A stretch of 63,584 bases of DNA, counting the filler, from Phoronis australis (lineage: Eukaryota; Animalia; Phoronida): assembly GCA_002633005.1 (NCBI GenBank). It is 8 parts of 8 records of this genome, joined end to end, with 100 filler letters (N's around TTAATTAATTAA, not from the genome) between each part and the next. Parts side by side here need not be neighbours in the genome. Positions count along the whole stretch, not along the records: positions 37,433 to 41,229 come from NMRA01002836.1; positions 41,330 to 48,722 come from NMRA01000275.1; positions 48,823 to 57,453 come from NMRA01001878.1; 5 more parts are not named here. One strand, 5' to 3'. The notes beneath the pieces are model-generated. The model saw only the letters and a list, made by a program, of their open reading frames with translations, was not told the DNA's origin and searched no databases. Made by a program: the position numbers and the translations under genes. Numbering within the stretch: position 1 is the first letter of the stretch; each line of letters opens with the position of its first letter. Shown here one piece after another: positions 37,487 through 50,328 of the stretch.

Positions 37487-40400
37487 CAAAGTCATGTGTC
37501 GGCCAATGTGGGAGAAGTTACAACAACCGTCTGCTGTGTCAATGCAACTGGGCATGTTCCAAGTATGGTAACTGTTGCAAGGATTACTTCAGCGCATGCG
37601 TCGGTAAGTATACCGGATGCCCGCGCAGCAACATAACGTTTTTAACGAAAAGAATGGTCCTCGCTCGCGCAGTTAAGTGGCTCAAAAATAAGTAAAAAGT
37701 AGCCTGAAAGAAAATGTGGCTTTATCTGCTACAACGGTCTGATTCAAAATATTCATTCCAAAAAACAAAATTGAAAATGCATCATTTATGTTGCTTTAGA
37801 AAAATTGTGTTACGACATTAGAATAAATTGTAAATTAGGCCTACTGTGTGTGTCAGACAGGGGTCTTACCACTTCGAATTTGTGGAGGATTTTATAATGG
37901 TCGCGTCTACGTTGTGTGTATTTTGGCTTTGTGGTATCGTTTCGTGTAAAGTATATCTTGTACACATAAGTCCTAGCAGACCTCGAGAGAGTCGATTCCA
38001 AAATTAACGAACCGTGTATCACGCTTCGATTATAGTTTCCCACTTCATACGGTGTGATTGGTCAACTTTCGAATACAGTTAATAACAACGTTTGATGGTA
38101 GTACATGAAATTCGTGGTGATGCGATGTGGGGGGGGGGGGGGGGNGGCAACCAGTAGGGTTATCAGTATTCTCTCCAGAATGTTTCATTTTTCGGTAACC
38201 AGTTTCTCCTTTGTTCAGGCGCTGCGTTTGTCAGGATTTTGAATGCATGGCAGCATCCCCTATCTCGCCTCCGAATGCATGTTCGCTTTCTCAAAGAATG
38301 GTTTGTAGTGCATGCATAGTGTACCCTTGCTCTTGTGCACTGTTTAGGAACGACCCATTCTCTGACTTCCACAATGAAGGTGACGACAGTTTCTAGGCTA
38401 CGGTCGTGCGCGGGCAAGTGCACTCGGCAATACGACCGGTCTCTGCCATGTCAATGCAACAAAGAGTGTTCCAAGTATCGTAACTGTTGCAAAGACTATC
38501 CACAACAATGTCAAGGTAAGTCCACTTCGCCTCGACTCGTTATCGGGCCCAATGATTTGTCAAACAGGACTGCAGCCGCAATCTAAACCATCTGAGTAAA
38601 AAACATCTTGAGGCTGATTTAAAGGTTAATTGCAACGATTGGTCTCAAAATTTAAAAGAACATTAAAAGCGTAAAAGCTCGTAGTAAACGGCGGTTTATC
38701 TTCAGTGAAACCCGTCTGTGTATCATGGACTGCTGTTGGTCTGGCGGTGGGAACAATAATTTTGCCATGTGTTCTTAGTATTTTGCATGAAACTTTCAAC
38801 ACATGTGCCTCAATTTGCGTCCCATGGCTGTACGCGTATAGAAATATTGAGTAGGCCTAAATGAAATTTTGAAAATGCTGGTTATTTTGTCTACATGATT
38901 TTGCATTGTTGCAGCCGCCACCACCAAGCCGACCACCACCACCAAGCCGACCACCACCACCTTGCCGACCACCACTACTACGCTGCCCACCACAACAACG
39001 CCACGTCCATCTACCACGACCTAACCGACCTCACCACTAACGGTAACTGATGTCGAACTATCCCAATTTCTCCGCAAGCTGTGGTTCTCTGACACGAATT
39101 ACGCATCCGAGGGTACAGACTACAGTCTCAATCTGCAAGGCCGTATCTACAACACTGAGGCTCACAAAGACCTTGCTCCATCAAGGTGACTTTTTCAGGG
39201 GGTANNNNNNNNNNNNNNNNNNNNNNNNNNNNNNNNNNNNNNNNNNNNNNNNNNNNNNNNNNNNNNNNNNNNNNNNNNNNNNNNNNNNNNNNNNNNNNNN
39301 NNNNNNNNNNNNNNNNNNNNNNNNNNNNNNNNNNNNNNNNNNNNNNNNNNNNNNNNNNNNNNNNNNNNNNNNNNNNNNNNNNNNNNNNNNNNNNNNNNNN
39401 NNNNNNNNNNNNGCGATATCCCAGGCGACCGGCAGTGGCGCTGCGCACTACGACTCCGTTTCCGTCGTCTGCTCCACTGTGCAATGAAGAAAATTTACTT
39501 CATTTTTTAAAGAAAATGGAATCTGAGTGACGATGAAAAACAGAAGCTGCTGGTAAGATGTGTTTAATCGAAACCTTAGTGAATCACTCAGAAACTCGCA
39601 ATACTCTCTTTGGCAAACCTTATCTTAAGACGATTTCCAAAGCAATCCCGTCATATTGCCAACACGAAAAACGGATTTGGTCTTTTGGGCATTTGAAGAC
39701 TATTTTAAATACAACAAATTTGTTAAGAATTGATGGCGCAAAATATAAAACGTGTAATAAGCATTACAAAAAGAAGTAGGTTTCGCGCGCAAACGCTGTG
39801 GACCATAAATAAGTAGGTCTCTTAGAATGAGGCGTGTAGTGATGTCGTGGTCTAGTGGTTACACACGCGCTTCCTATTCGCCAGATCGTGGGTTCGAGGC
39901 TTAGGTGCTGGCAGTTTTTTCTGTTCGACACGTTCTCCGTTTTTTTTTTCATTTTTGCCTCTTTTGTCTACAGGAATTAAGGAAAATGCTTGATTTGTAA
40001 AGGTAAAAGCAGAAAAATTTCTTGGGCGGAAGGGGGGCAGCCCCCCTCCCGACCTCCCCCCACTTCGGTGCAATGCGCATCTACAATCGTGGTTCAGTTT
40101 GCGCAAATGCTTACAGCCGGACAAAAAGTTGGGCCCCCCCTTGTGATATCCTAGATCCGCCACTGCTTACCACATAGAAAAGTGTGGCATATCGAAGACT
40201 AACATTAAAAGCATTCTCTCGGCAAAATACTGGATTCGCCAGTGAGGAGTGGTCATAATGTTGCGAAGGAATTTACAATAAATTGTTACCTTTACCGTTG
40301 GTCAATTCTTGCATCACTGGTTCCATTATCAGAAGTGGTCAGCATGTTGTCCTGAACGGCACACACCCATCTATTGGTGTTTGGGGACCTACATGTTCAT

Positions 40401-40981
40401 TGTAACTATCACTCTGAGACATAATGCTGTGCCGTAGAAGTCTATGAAGGAGTGATATTGTACCTTAGATACGTTTATATAATTCAGAATAACGAGTTTT
40501 TTAAGTCCTAAGAAGCCAGACGAAAGTTGCTCCTATAGATACAAAACAGAATAATTATGTATATCTATGGTTGCCACTCGTTTTTCTCTTGGGTAATGTG
40601 CCTTTTTTCTCCGGTTGTACTTTTTCACAAACAATTATTTTCTTGCAAGCATTTTTCTCACTGATCACAATTGTTTTTAAAGAGGAGCTCTGTTGGTTCC
40701 TTTTCCTTCTACTAATCGCACATTTCATATTCTTTGTGCAATGTAGGCCTAACTTACTTAAGCTTTGTGCAATTTCAGACTACTGACTCTTACGAATGAA
40801 GCCACTTTATTCAGACGACCAACCTATCGTGCTTTTCTGGATCTCCTCGACAACTACAACATCAATACGGGCGTGGCGGACTACCCATCTACGGCGGAAA
40901 CGAAGGAACAAGACTCGTTCTTGCGAGAAATAATGAGAACTGACGTGATGAAAATGGCGTGGCTGTTTTTGAAAACGAAAG
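37487..40981 (+). CDS. ENDOU: Poly(U)-specific endoribonuclease (EndoU/XendoU/PP11 family) with 2 somatomedin-B domains and a Thr/Pro linker; exons 37487-37603, 38348-38515, 38915-39185, 40779-40981; in-frame TAA at 39022-39024
   Basis: SMB motifs SCVGQCG..CQCNWACSKYGNCCKDY and SCAGKC..CQCNKECSKYRNCCKDY. EndoU N-terminal part ELSQFLRKLWFSDTN..LNLQG..DLAPSRL..RPTYRAFLDLLDNYNINTGVAD..EQDSFLREIMRTDVMK. All junctions are GT-AG and in phase. Catalytic exons are not in the window. Confidence 0.9.
39840..39915 (+). repeat. tRNA-derived SINE-like head
   Basis: A-box tggtctagtgg and B-box ggttcgagg. No intact cloverleaf. Confidence 0.5.
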
Positions 40982-41329
40982 GTTTGGTATTAATCTGCAC
41001 AATGCTGTCACTTACCGAGGTTACAAACCACGTTCCGTCAAGGACACGAATTTTGAGTTGGACCACTACGTGCCGCTATAGAATTGGACTCGACTTGTTC
41101 CTTACTCACATGATAGGTGGTTTCTGTATTTACAAATAACTACAGATTCGCTAATTCTTGAAACTATGCTCGGCGCATGACATCCCCTACCTAACCAACT
41201 CGTGAGCGCACCCAGGGAGGTGGGCTTCANNNNNNNNNNNNNNNNNNNNNNNNNNNNNNNNNNNNNNNNNNNNTTAATTAATTAANNNNNNNNNNNNNNN
41301 NNNNNNNNNNNNNNNNNNNNNNNNNNNNN

Positions 41330-43100
41330 TGGCCTCCGCTGGCCTCCGCTGGCCTCCGCTGGCCTCCGCTGGCCTCCGCTGGCCTCCGCTGGCCTCCGCT
41401 GGCCTCCGCTGGCTTCCGCTGGCTTCCGCTGGACTCCACTGGCCTCCACTGCCCTCCAGTAACATCCACTGGCCTCCACATGCCTCCACTGGCGTCTGCT
41501 GGCCACCGCTGGTCTTTGCCGGCCTCCGCTGGCCTCCGATGGCCTTCGCTGGCCTCGGCTGTCCTCCGCTGACCTCCGGCATCCTCCGCTGGCCTCCGCC
41601 GGCCTCGCGGGCCTCCGCCGGCCTCCGCTGGCCTCCGGTGGCCTCCGCTGGCCTCTGCTGGCCTCCGTGTGCCTCCCCTAGCCTCCGGTGGCCTCCGCTG
41701 GCCTCCGCTGGCCTCCATTTGCCTCTGCAAGCCTCCGATGTCCTCCGAGCGCGTCTGCTGGCCTCCGCTGGCCTCCGCTGGCCTCCGCTGGCCTCAACTG
41801 GCCTCCACTGCACTCCACTGGCCTCCCCTGGCCTGCTCTGGCAGGCACTAGCCTCCAAAGGCTTTCAATGGTCTTCACTGGCCTCCACTGTCTCCACTGG
41901 CCTCCACTAGCATCCACTGGCCTCCACAGTCCTACACTGGCCTCCACTGGCCTCCACAGGTCTCCACTCCCCTCCAGTAAGAACCACTGGCCTCCACATT
42001 CCTCCACTGGCCTACACTGGCATCCACTGGCCTCCACTGGTCTCCACTGGCCTCCACGGGACTGCATTGGCCTCCGAAGTCCTCTTCTGGCCTCCGCTGG
42101 CCTTCGCTGGCCTCCGCTGGCCTCCGATGGCGTCCTCTGGCCTCGGATGGCCTCCGCTGGCCCCTGCTGGCCTCCCCTGGCCTCCGCCGTCCTCCGCTGG
42201 CCTCCGCTGGCCTCTGCTGGCCTCTGCTGGCCTCCGTGTGCCTCCTCTAGCCTCCGCTGGCCTCCGCTGGCCTCCATTTGCCTCCGCAGGCCTCCGATGT
42301 CCTCCGAGCGCCTCTGCTGGCCTCTGCTGGCCTCCGCTGGTCTCTGCTGGCATCCGCTGGCCTCTGCTGGCTTTCTCTGGCCTCTCGGCCTCCACTGCAC
42401 TCCGAAGGCCTCCGCTGGCTTCCGCTGGGCTCCGCTGGCCTCGGCTGGTTTCCACTGGCCTCCACTGGCATCCACTGGCCACCACTGGAATCCACAGGCT
42501 TTCACTGGCCTCCACGGGACTGCACTGGCCTCCACTGATCTCCAGTGGCATCCACTGGCCTCAACTGGCCTCCACTGGCCTCCACTGGGCTCCACGGGCC
42601 TGCACTGGCCTCCACTGGCCTCAACTGGCCTCCACTACCCTCTACTGCCCTCCAGTGACATCCCCTGGCCTCCACATGACTCCGCTGGCGTCCGCTGGCC
42701 TCCGCTGGCCTCCGCTGGCCTCCACTGGCCTCAACTGGCCTCCACTGCACTCCACTGGCCTCCCCTGGCTTTTTCTGGCATCCACTTCCCTCCAAAAGCC
42801 TTCAATGGCCTTCACTGGTCTCCACGGGAAGTCGACTGGCCTTCACTGGCAGTCCACTGGCCTGTTCTGGCCTCCGCTGGCCTCCGCTGGCCTCCGCTGG
42901 CCTCCGCTGGCCTCCTCTGGCCTCCGCTGGCCTCCGCTGGCCTCCGCTGGCCTCCGCTGGCCTCTGCTGGCCTCCGCTGGCCTCCGTTGGACTCCGCTGG
43001 CCTCCACTGGCAGTCCACTTGCCTGTGCTGGCCTCCGCTGGCCTCCGCTGGCCTCCACTGGCCTCCGCTGGCCACCGCTGGCCACCGCTGGCGACCGCGG
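41330..43100. repeat. GC-rich 10-bp satellite (GGCCTCC[G/A]CT)n
   Basis: Direct reading. Homogeneous at both ends and diverged internally. It explains the overlapping low-complexity ORFs. Confidence 0.97.
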
Positions 43101-45175
43101 GCCACCGTGGCTCCATGGACAGATGAAACCATGTCCCTTTTGATACCCTGAAGCGCTCGTGGTTTCATAGGCGGATGAAACCATTAGCCTTTGCAGATCC
43201 ACGAAACGACCGTTGTTTCATGAGCAGATGAAACCATGTCCCTTTACAGACCACAAAAGGACCGTAGTTTCAAGGGAAGATGAAACCACGACCCCTTACA
43301 GACCATGAAGCGGTTGTGGTTTGATAAGCAGATGAAACCATGAGTCTTTAGAGACTCCGTAGCGGCTTTTGTTTTGTGTGTAGATAAAACCAACATGTGC
43401 CTTGACAGAGTCCCAATCAGCCGTGGTTTCATGGGCATATGAAACCACGACCCTTTACTTACCCTGAAGCGGTCGTGGTTTTATGGGCGGATGAAACCAT
43501 TTGAATTTAGAGACCCCGTAAAACGACACCTTCGGGATTTGCAAGGGTCGTGGTTTCATCGGCCAATAAAATCATGGCCTCTACGTGGTCTGTAAAGCGT
43601 CGTTTTTATATCCTCCCATGAAAGTACGGCCGCATCGGGTTCTGCAGAAGGTCTCGGTTTCATCCCTCAGCGTCATCGTTCCTTCCTCCCATGACACAAC
43701 GACCGCTTCAGGGACTGTAAAGGTTCATAGTTTCATCTGTCCACGAAACCACGGCCACTACGGGATCTCTAAAGGGTCGTGGTTTCATCTGAAACCATGA
43801 CCGCTTTGGGGTCTGTACGGGTCACGGTTTCATCTGCTCATGAAACCACGGCCGGTTCTTAGTCTGTAAAGCGTCATGGTTTCATCCGCCCATAAAACCA
43901 CAGCCGATTTGGTGTCCCAACACGAACATGGTTTCATCTGCTCATGAAACCACGGCCGCTTCGGAAGTTTGCATAGGGTCATGGGTTCATCCGCCCATGA
44001 AACCACGGCCGCTTTGGTGTCTGTAAAGGAAAATGGTTTCATCTACTTATGAAACCACGGCAGCTTCAGGGGTCTTTGACGGGTAGTGGTTTCATCTGCC
44101 CATGAAACCACATCTGCTAAGTGCTCTGTAAAGGGACATGGTTTCATCTGCCCATGAAAAACAGCCGCTACGGAGTCTATAAAGGGTCATGGTTTCATTC
44201 GACCCTGAAACCACGACCGCTTTAGGGCCTTTAAAGGGTTGTGGTTTCATCTTCCCATAAAATCAAGGCCGCTTTGGGGTCTGTAAAGGGAAATAGCTTC
44301 ATCCGCTCTTGAAACCACGACCGCTTTAGGATCTCTAAAGGGTCGTGGTTACATCTGCCCATGAAACCACGCCCGCTTCAGGGGTCCGTAAATTGCCATG
44401 GTCCATCCCGCCCAAGAAATCACCACCGCTTCAGGGTATGTAAAGGGTCGTGGTTTCATCTGCCTATGAAACCACCGCTGCTTCATGGTCTCCAAAATTG
44501 TCATGGTTTCATCCGCCGAAGATACCACGACCGCTTCAGGGTCAGTAAGGGGCAGTGGTTTCATCTGCCTGTGAAAGTAGCGCTGCTTCAGGGTCTCTAA
44601 GTGGCATGGTTTGATCCGCCCATGAAACCACGACCGCTTCAGGGTCTGTAAAGGGTCATGGTTTCATCTGCCCATGAAAGCACATCTGCTCAGGGCTCTG
44701 TAAAGGGACATGGTTTCATCTGCCCATGTAAAACAGACGCTACGGAGTCTGTAAAGGGTCATGGTTTCATCCGACCCTGAAACAATTACCGCTTAAGGGC
44801 CATTAAAGGGTCGTGGCGTCATCTTCCCATGAAATCAAGGCCGCTTTGGGGTCTGTAAAGGAACATGGTTTCATTTTCCCATGACACCACGCCCGCTTTG
44901 GGATCTTTAAATGGAGATTCTTTCATCTGCTCGTGAAGAACGGCCGCTTCGGGGATTTGTAAAGGCTCATGGTTTCATCCGCTAAGGGGTCTCAAAAAGG
45001 TCTTTCTTTCATCCGCCCAATATACCACGACCGCTTCAGGCTCTGTAAATGGTCATGGTTTCATCTGCTTGTGAATTCACGGCCGTGTCGGGGAACTGTA
45101 TGGGGTTATGGTCTCATCCGCCCATAAAACCACATCCTCTTCAGGGTCTGTAAAGTGTCGTGGTTTCATCTGCTA
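43101..45175. repeat. ~52-bp satellite with a self-complementary unit; orientation flips near 43525
   Basis: Unit catgaaaccacgaccgcttcagggtctgtaaagggtcatggtttcatctgcc. Units in 43101-43520 are the reverse complement. Confidence 0.9.
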
Positions 45176-45344
45176 GAACAGTTATTCGTCATGTGGACTT
45201 AAGAAAGACGAACTGAGACTTCCAGTTAACTAAGATTTATCCAAAAGCAAATCAAGATGGAGGACGTGGTTCCCAGTCTCAGGACATTAGACAATACACG
45301 AGTCCAAGTGTAGATACAAGTGCTAGGCAATACAAGAAGCTGTC

Positions 45345-46700
45345 ATGGCGACGATCAATGGAGTGAGTGGTAAGCTTGAGAAGTTGAATCAGCTATATGC
45401 ACTTTTCATGCAAGTAAATGAAATGAACTGTGCCATTGGCCTACGTACGCATGAAAACAAAGACCTGAAAGACAAAGTCAGTGCACTTGAAAACAAACTA
45501 GACTACATGGAGAGGCAAAACCGACGCAAAGACCTAATAATACATGGCATTGAAAATGAAACGTCAAATACAAACGAACTTTGAGATGTTATTGAAAACA
45601 AGGTCAGTGTCTTTATGTCCGAAAAACTTGAAATAGAAAAAGTATACACATCTTGATTGAGAGAGCACATAGTCTACGATGATGACGAAAGGCAGAAAGA
45701 CCCGTGATAGTTAAGTTTAACAGCTACAAAGATAGGGAGATGGTCCTGAGAAGTGCTCGACACAAATTTACAGGTTTGTGGGGACACTAGTGACACAGTT
45801 GTCAGCAAAGTCCAAGTAATCCAAAATAGAGCCGCCAGGGCTATCCTGGGTACTAAAATTAGGGACACTAGGGTTGACGACTTGTATTCCAAGCTGGGAT
45901 TTATGAAATTAAGACAAAGAAATAAATATCTCTCTGGCTGTTGTATGTACAGATGTATCAATGGCTTGGCTCCAGCATATCTCAGCAGTAAATTCAATAG
46001 CAGTCAGGCTGTATATTCTACACGTTCTTCTGTTGCTGGCAATGTTTCTTCTAAAAAAATTAAAACCGAGACGGGCAAGAGATCTTTTATCTATGCAGCT
46101 GCTATAATATGGAATTCTTTTAGCCCAGAAATTAAACGGTCCAATTCAATCACTACCTTTAAAGTAAATATTAAAAAGTGGCTGTAATTTACCTAACCTT
46201 TTATACCCTGCCTGTCTTCATCATGTCATTTTTTTCATTGTCGTAAATACTGTCACTGTCTAGAGTCATCTCTTAATTTATTTTATCTCTCTTAGTTAAA
46301 TTTTTACCATTATTCGTCATTTAGTTAATGTCTTAATTCTCAACCTGTTTTAATTGTATCTTTGTTACGTATATTTCATTGTTGTTTTATTACTTCATTG
46401 TATTATATTACTGTTTTTCTTGTTGAGGGCCCTCTTGGAAAGCAGTGCTATCACTAAAGAGGTCACCCTCATTTTAAATATCACAATAAAAAAAGAAAAA
46501 AAATCTTGGTACCCAGTACAGAATATCTGAAGATAAGGAAAGCAGGAAGAAAAGCGGTCCGTTTCTGATGGAAGCACAGGCAAAGGGAAATCTAATGCTA
46601 ATGGACTACGACAAACTGATAAATAATGGAAAGGCTTATATATATGACCACTCTATCAAAAACATTGTTGAGTTCGGAAAAATTCCGGGAAGTGAATAAA
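45345..46700 (+). pseudogene. LINE ORF1-like (coiled-coil plus RRM) pseudogene interrupted by a CR1/L2 insertion
   Basis: LENKLDYMERQNRRKDLIIHGI..IERAH..IVKFNSYKDREMVLRSAR before the insertion. GTQYRISED..YDKLINNGK resumes after ~46505. Confidence 0.75.
45767..46503 (+). mobile_element. 5'-truncated CR1/L2-group LINE (ORF2 C-terminus, 3' UTR, A-rich tail)
   Basis: KVQVIQNRAARAIL..NGLAPAYL..YSTRS..GKRSFIYAAAIIWNS..FKVNIKKWL* with stop at 46187. T-rich UTR, then aataaa and poly-A. Confidence 0.9.
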
Positions 46701-46766
46701 ATTTTAGGTCGAGGCCTACAGTTAAGAGTGAGTAGAAGTCATCTGAAGACGTTTCCACAAGCGGAC

Positions 46767-46945
46767 ATCTAACCTGAGGTGCATATTATCTTGGTAAACA
46801 ACAGTGAATTGGAAGCAATTTAGTCTCTACTAATTGTCTATAGAAAAGCTTTCATTTTTACTTTTAGAATAAAGTGTTTCTCATCTCATCACTGTGGACA
46901 GCCATATGTGTTGTTGCTCAACACAATATGCACCTCAGATTATAT
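46767..46945. mobile_element. Small MITE-like inverted repeat
   Basis: ctgaggtgcatatt...aacaaca pairs with tgttgtt...aatatgcacctcag. Confidence 0.55.
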
Positions 46946-49782
46946 AACTGGCTAGTACTGCTTGACTGGAAATTCCTAAATGACAACGTTTTACAGATTA
47001 GTTATAATACCATGCTATTTTAACAGAAGGTGGTAATCATTATTTACACAAATATAATGATATGATTGACATGAAAAAATGAAGTATAAATACTACTAGG
47101 AGTGGCAAGTAGGAGGCGTATATATTTAACCTTAAACAACTTCTGCAACATCATCAATGAGCCTGTGACTTACCCCTATCGCCTGACAGTTGCCAAACTG
47201 AGATGAGACACCTAGCTCGTCTTGATGGACAGAAAACTACAACATGAGTAATATCTTCAGGTCAGCAGGTGTGTAAACCAGGGGGGGTTGTGGCGCTCAA
47301 AAACTGTGAATTTTTTATAACAAAACCGCACCAAAAGGTACCACTATAAACAAAATGGTACATAATGTGAATTCATGAAACAAAACACTCCGAATACATG
47401 ACTTTGGCCATGAAGATATGATTTCCCAAACTATAACTAATTTTGACACAACTTTTCTGATATTTTGAAGGGGGTAGGTCAATTTGGGGCCCTCGTGGGC
47501 AGTTACTAAGACGGGAAATGTACGATACTTACATTTCTAGAGAGGCCAGATAAGGGGCTATCAGATGCACAAAGAGTTTTTGAAATCGAAAACAAAATAA
47601 TTTTGAACCCAAAAAGGACCCTAGGGTGGGTCAATTTGGTGGTCCACTGTGACCTTACATGAGTAGGCCGATCACGCTGAAACTTGGAGGTTCACCATTT
47701 GCAAGATTAGCCTTTCAAATGAAACAGAAACTTTTAAATTGAAGACAACAAAATTTTCGACCGTGGGGGGTTTGAAGGCCGAACATTTTTTGTCTCCAAT
47801 TTCAAGACTTCTTCAGATCGACGTAGAATGTTGAGAAACTAGAGCCCACCAAGTTTGAGTTCGATTGGATCATTAACAAGGCCACATGGCAAGATCAAAG
47901 TTGAAAAACGTCATTTTTAGACCTTTCCGCGCCTAAAAAATGTTTGATCCGATATCAAAATTTTTTTCATTGTTGGATAGCCCTTCACTTACTGACTCCA
48001 AAAACGTAAGTTGCCACTTCTGGTGTGCCCCAATACGGTCGCAGCGCTGGATCAAATTTGGAAAATTGGGGGAGTTCGCACCTAGAAAGTTTTAAGAATT
48101 AGGTGCTATCTAAACATTAACTTGGTAAAAATGTAGTGTTTCATTTGTTGACTAATAAGAAGTCTGGTTGTAAGTGAAAGGTGGTCTAAATCCAACATTT
48201 ATGAAAAAGTTTATAAACTTAAAAGTACTTTTAAAATAACTGCAAGATTCTTTTATGGCCATAAGCACTTTGCATGCCGTACCATCTGTAAAACTTAGGG
48301 TAATCCATTGCAGTTGATATGTATGCATTGGGCTGTTGAGTATAATGAATAGGCCAATGAACTTTTACGTGACAATGACATTTCATCTAAAATTAACAGT
48401 TTTGCTAAGTCATGTGCGGCGAACCATAGGGGGCAGAGGAGCTTTAACCCCGACCCCTCCCAATTATTTCAATGCTGAGCCGCCTGCGTAGGTGCAGAGA
48501 GCCGAAAATTTTCGTGACAAGCCGAACGCATTAAGTACTAGTCCACAAGAGCACCAACCATGAGCGGCAAGGTGGGGGTCAGCCGATTTTCACCAAATTT
48601 GGCACATATGTAGTCCTATGGGATCTATAAACAGCGGTAAAATATTTCCTCAAAATATTGTGTTTTTCTAAAGTTATAGGTTCAAACACATTTTACGGTT
48701 TCGCAGCCATGTTTTCACGGTANNNNNNNNNNNNNNNNNNNNNNNNNNNNNNNNNNNNNNNNNNNNTTAATTAATTAANNNNNNNNNNNNNNNNNNNNNN
48801 NNNNNNNNNNNNNNNNNNNNNNCATTTTGGTTTCATGCTTTGCAGGGAAATGAATGTGAGAAATCTTTCCTGAATACTAATTGGTGCATGGATTTTTTTG
48901 ATACTCTATTCATTCACAACATTTCCTCGAACTATAAAGGAAGCATCACTGAAATACGTACATGTGCAGATAAGGTTGCCTCTACAGCAAATTTTCACGC
49001 GTCGACTGATAGCACTATTTCCACGCATGGAATAAATGTTCTGGTAAGCCAACACAAGATTTCGATCCCATAAGAATCATCTTGCCCGTCCAATCAAGAT
49101 GCTATTACCGCTGGTTTCTATTAATAGAACGTACTATTCTGTTCTAATCAACTAAAATTTATTTTTTACTCAACTCTTTATTTTTGATCGATTCAAAAAC
49201 AAAAGAATTCCGATTTCACAAAGAAATATGGTTGTGCGTTGTAATTCAGGTGATTTGCACCACCATTAGTGAGGGACTAATTGACTATAAAGATTAGAAT
49301 GAGTTAACTTTCACGGACTATAAATCACTATGTAGCCTGTGGCCTGTCAAACATGAGGCAAAATGGTAAGTGAATATAAGACGAAAATGAATTGCAGTTT
49401 GAATTGAAAAGCTAACTTCTTATACTAACACCGTCTATACTTGTAGTACCTGACCCATGCCTCGTAACCGACGAAGAAAATGACCCAGTAATTTAGCATA
49501 GGGCCTTATATTGTAGTATGGCCTCATGGTTGAAATTAAGATCAGAATCTTGTAATTGTACTCGTTTTATTTTTAAATCCTCCACGGTCATCCTACATGC
49601 CCACTTAAGGACAGCGTGCTCGCAAATTTGAAGTTAAGTACGTGATTTCACTGTCAGTAATAACTAATGCAATATTTTCATGGAACACAAAGTCAATATA
49701 ATTGTAGTATTTGTCATGGTGATCATAGGTGATGGGTAGAAAAGAAATGAAATGACCATATATTTAGCCATAATAAGACCAG

Positions 49783-50183
49783 GGCCTGGTCTCTAATCTT
49801 TGTACTCGAAACGAACTTGAAACTATTTTTGGCAATTTCTCTGCTCCTTTTGTGCGAACTTAAAATAATTGGTTATCAGACTGTGCTCGAATACATTATA
49901 GTTTATGCATAGGAGGTTCTAGTTCAAGTTTGCCCTTGAAGACACTTATATTCGTGCTACAAACTCGAGTAAAAACTTGAAATTTCGAGTTCAAACTCGA
50001 ACTTATTGCTTTAATATTGGGTTTACAAACTGTGAACTAAGGGCAATAAAATATCTACGTAAGTTATTGTGTACTCGAGCATAGAATATTAGACACTTAT
50101 CCTGAGTTCGCCCAAATGTACAGTAGAAAATGCCAAACCTAATTTCGAGTTCCATTTCGAGTAAAGAGATTGGAGACCGGGCC
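49783..50183. mobile_element. PIF/Harbinger-like MITE
   Basis: ~40-bp TIRs ggcctggtctctaatctttgtactcgaaa / tttcgagtaaagagattggagaccgggcc, 3-bp TSD CAG, internal actcga repeats. Confidence 0.8.
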
Positions 50184-50328
50184 CAGTATACATGTGGAGA
50201 TATGCAAATTTGTAGTGGCATGAGCAGTAAAACTAGTACTTTAAAGTTGAGTGCACGAGGCACACTGACTGAGTAGTCGAAAGACGCACCTTGATATCAA
50301 CAGAGATTCTCAATTCATTTTGCTTTAG

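Noticed and set aside
41274-43202. Many long overlapping ORFs (PAEASGGQRR / WPPLASAGLR)
   Set aside because: These are translations of a stop-poor 10-bp satellite.
43101-45175. CRISPR-like array of palindromic repeats
   Set aside because: The intervening sequences are homologous to each other rather than unique spacers. No cas genes, and the context is eukaryotic.
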